Both the position numbers and the translations under genes were made by a program. DNA of 59,011 bases from Emiliania huxleyi CCMP1516 (taxonomy: Eukaryota). The notes under the pieces were generated by a model. It was not told the DNA's origin. It searched no databases and saw only the letters and a list, made by a program, of their open reading frames with translations. The DNA lies in contig NW_005201286.1 in NCBI RefSeq assembly GCF_000372725.1, forward strand, positions 186,001 to 245,011, read 5' to 3'. This document shows, piece by piece, positions 57,128-59,011 of the stretch (its first letter is position 1; the number at the start of each line of letters is the position of its first letter).

Positions 57128-58558
57128 TCACTGCCCCGGCGCCCACGCCTCGATCTTCTTGGGCAGCAGCTGGTCCGACAGGTCCTCCCCGTGGCCAAGG
57201 CAGCCGCTTTCACCCTTGCCCCAGGTGAACACGGCGCCGTCGGCGGTGCTGGCGATGCTGTGCCCGCCTCCAGCCGACAGGGTGACGACGCGCCGCCCCG
57301 CCAACGCCTCGATCTTTTTGGGCAATAGCTGGTTCTGCCCGTCGCCGTGGCCCAGCCGGCCCCAGGCTCCATTGCCCCAGCTCCAGAGGGCGCCGCCGGC
57401 GGTGAGGGCGCCGCTGTGGTACAGCCCAGCCGAGACCGCGACGACGCGCTGTCCAGCAAAGGCCTCGATCTTCTTCGGCAGCAGCAGCTGGTTCTGCTCG
57501 TCGCCGTGGCCCAGCCGGCCAGAGGCTCCCCAGCCCCAGCTCCAGACGCTGCCGTCGGCGGTGAGGGCGAGGCTGTGGGCTGCTCCAGCCGACACGGCGA
57601 CGACGTGCGGCCCAACAAAGGCCTCGACTTTCTTCGGCAGCAGCTGGTCCTGCTCGTCGCCGTGGCCCAACCGGCCAGAGTCTCCATAGCCCCAGCTCCA
57701 GAGGGCGCCGTCGGCGGTGATGGCGAGGCTGTGGGCTGCTCCAGCCGACACGGCGACGACGCGCAGCCCAGCAAAGGCCTCGATCTGCTTCGGCAGCAGC
57801 TGGATCTGCTGGTCGCCGTGGCCCAGCTGGCCGTGGTATCCAAAGCCCCAGCTCCAGACAGCACCGTCCGCGATGATGGCGAGGCTGTGGTACTCTCCAG
57901 CCGACACGGCGACGACGCGCTGTCCAGCAAAGGCCTCTTTCTTCTTGGCCAGCAGCTGGTTCTGCTCGTCGCCGTGACCCAACTGGCCAACGTCTCCACC
58001 GCCCCAGCTCCAGACGGCTCCGTCAGCGGTGGTGGCGAGGCTGTGAGACATTCCAGCCGACACGCTCACGGCATGCTCCCCGCCCAGCGGAGAAGGGAGG
58101 CGGGTCGGCGTCTTGAGCTGCGTCACGCCCTCGCCGTGACCGAGGAGGCCTGGCTGCCAATGCGCAGCCGAGCCGCACGACGAGAGCCGCCCCTCGCCGT
58201 CGATGAAGACGCTGTGCCGTTCGCCCGCCGCCGCCCTCGCCGGCGGGTTGGCCTCGCGCAGCAGCGCAGCGAAGCACAGCCACCGCACGGCGCAGCCCTC
58301 GCCCTCTGGCTGCGCCGGCAGCTCGAAGCCGCGCTCTTGCGCCCACAAGCGGATGGCCTCTACCGCGAGCGAGGCGTAAAAGAGCAGCGAGACGGCCGCG
58401 ACGCGAGCGATGTTGGCGGGGTCGCAGCGAGAGAGGGCGCGCACGAGGAGCTCCGTGGGGAGGTCGAGGAGGCGGGCGGGCGGCGGCGTCTCTGGCGGGG
58501 GAACGGCGGTGGCGGCGGGGGCGAGGCGGCTCGAGCGGCGGCGCGGCAGGGTGGACAT
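57128..58558 (-). CDS. F-box-like + RCC1-repeat protein (paralog C)
   Basis: Same architecture as paralogs A and B. Confidence 0.92.
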   Translation of the reverse strand: MSTLPRRRSSRLAPAATAVPPPETPPPARLLDLPTELLVRALSRCDPANIARVAAVSLLFYASLAVEAIRLWAQERGFELPAQPEGEGCAVRWLCFAALLREANPPARAAAGERHSVFIDGEGRLSSCGSAAHWQPGLLGHGEGVTQLKTPTRLPSPLGGEHAVSVSAGMSHSLATTADGAVWSWGGGDVGQLGHGDEQNQLLAKKKEAFAGQRVVAVSAGEYHSLAIIADGAVWSWGFGYHGQLGHGDQQIQLLPKQIEAFAGLRVVAVSAGAAHSLAITADGALWSWGYGDSGRLGHGDEQDQLLPKKVEAFVGPHVVAVSAGAAHSLALTADGSVWSWGWGASGRLGHGDEQNQLLLPKKIEAFAGQRVVAVSAGLYHSGALTAGGALWSWGNGAWGRLGHGDGQNQLLPKKIEALAGRRVVTLSAGGGHSIASTADGAVFTWGKGESGCLGHGEDLSDQLLPKKIEAWAPGQ

Positions 58559-59011
58559 CATCAGGAAAAGAATTTCGAGCGGTACAGGCCGACTTTTTAA
58601 TTCTTTCCGTATAATATTTAAAGTTTGTACTTGTACTTGTAGCCTGCTCGCTTGGTGCGAAAGAACGATGCGCCTTAGCGCCCAAGTTTCAGGCCGATCC
58701 TCCTCGAGAGGTACCCTCAGCCTTGTGCTGTATGGGTACAGTATCCGTGGTGATCTCTTCATTCCATGCTCCGACGAAGTGCGTGATGAAACAGCTGGAG
58801 ACTCTGTGTGGCTGTGAGCTTGTCGCCGAACTACGATTGAATGTTTTTGCGGGGGATGATTTGGTGGAACGTGTGGGCGCGGCCGGAGCACCGCTGCTCA
58901 GGTGCACCGTGCACTATGATAAAGTTGAAAATCGGCTCTCAGAGCGCTTTTCTCCGCGCGCCTTTGCGACAGAAGCGGTATTCTCTGTCGATGTGGACAC
59001 ATTCTATTCGT

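Noticed and set aside
56044..57999. 651-aa ORF suggesting an RCC1-phosphatase fusion
   Set aside because: The upstream part is an off-frame reading of the RCC1 gene, which has its own stop at 57128. The phosphatase likely starts at 56943.

Overview
GC-rich eukaryotic genomic DNA with many GC-AG introns and 10-11 bp intronic minisatellites. This style points to a haptophyte, most likely Emiliania/Gephyrocapsa huxleyi (inference). Recognisable genes are RAD51C-like, cytosolic HSP90, a selenocysteine glutathione peroxidase (in-frame UGA plus a canonical 3'UTR SECIS), a Kelch protein, a TLC-domain protein, a truncated EamA transporter and a histidine phosphatase. There is also a group of repeat-domain genes of possible immune type: an ankyrin protein, three F-box-RCC1 paralogs, a HET-like+LRR protein, an ANK-Pelle/IRAK kinase-RING protein and a HET-like+TPR protein ending in IEEVD. 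Intergenic DNA is nested mobile elements: a split-direct-repeat (Ngaro/PAT-type) retroelement derivative, two foldback elements with GAGGG ends and 5-bp TSDs, MITEs with 4- and 8-bp TSDs, a CRE-like LINE fragment and a 167-bp tandem array. The most striking unexplained pattern is a series of introns whose 5' end copies the start of the next exon, often followed by an 11-bp AG-ending minisatellite, which suggests a recurrent intron-birth mechanism. All domain calls come from motif recognition by eye, and exon boundaries are inferred without transcript data.
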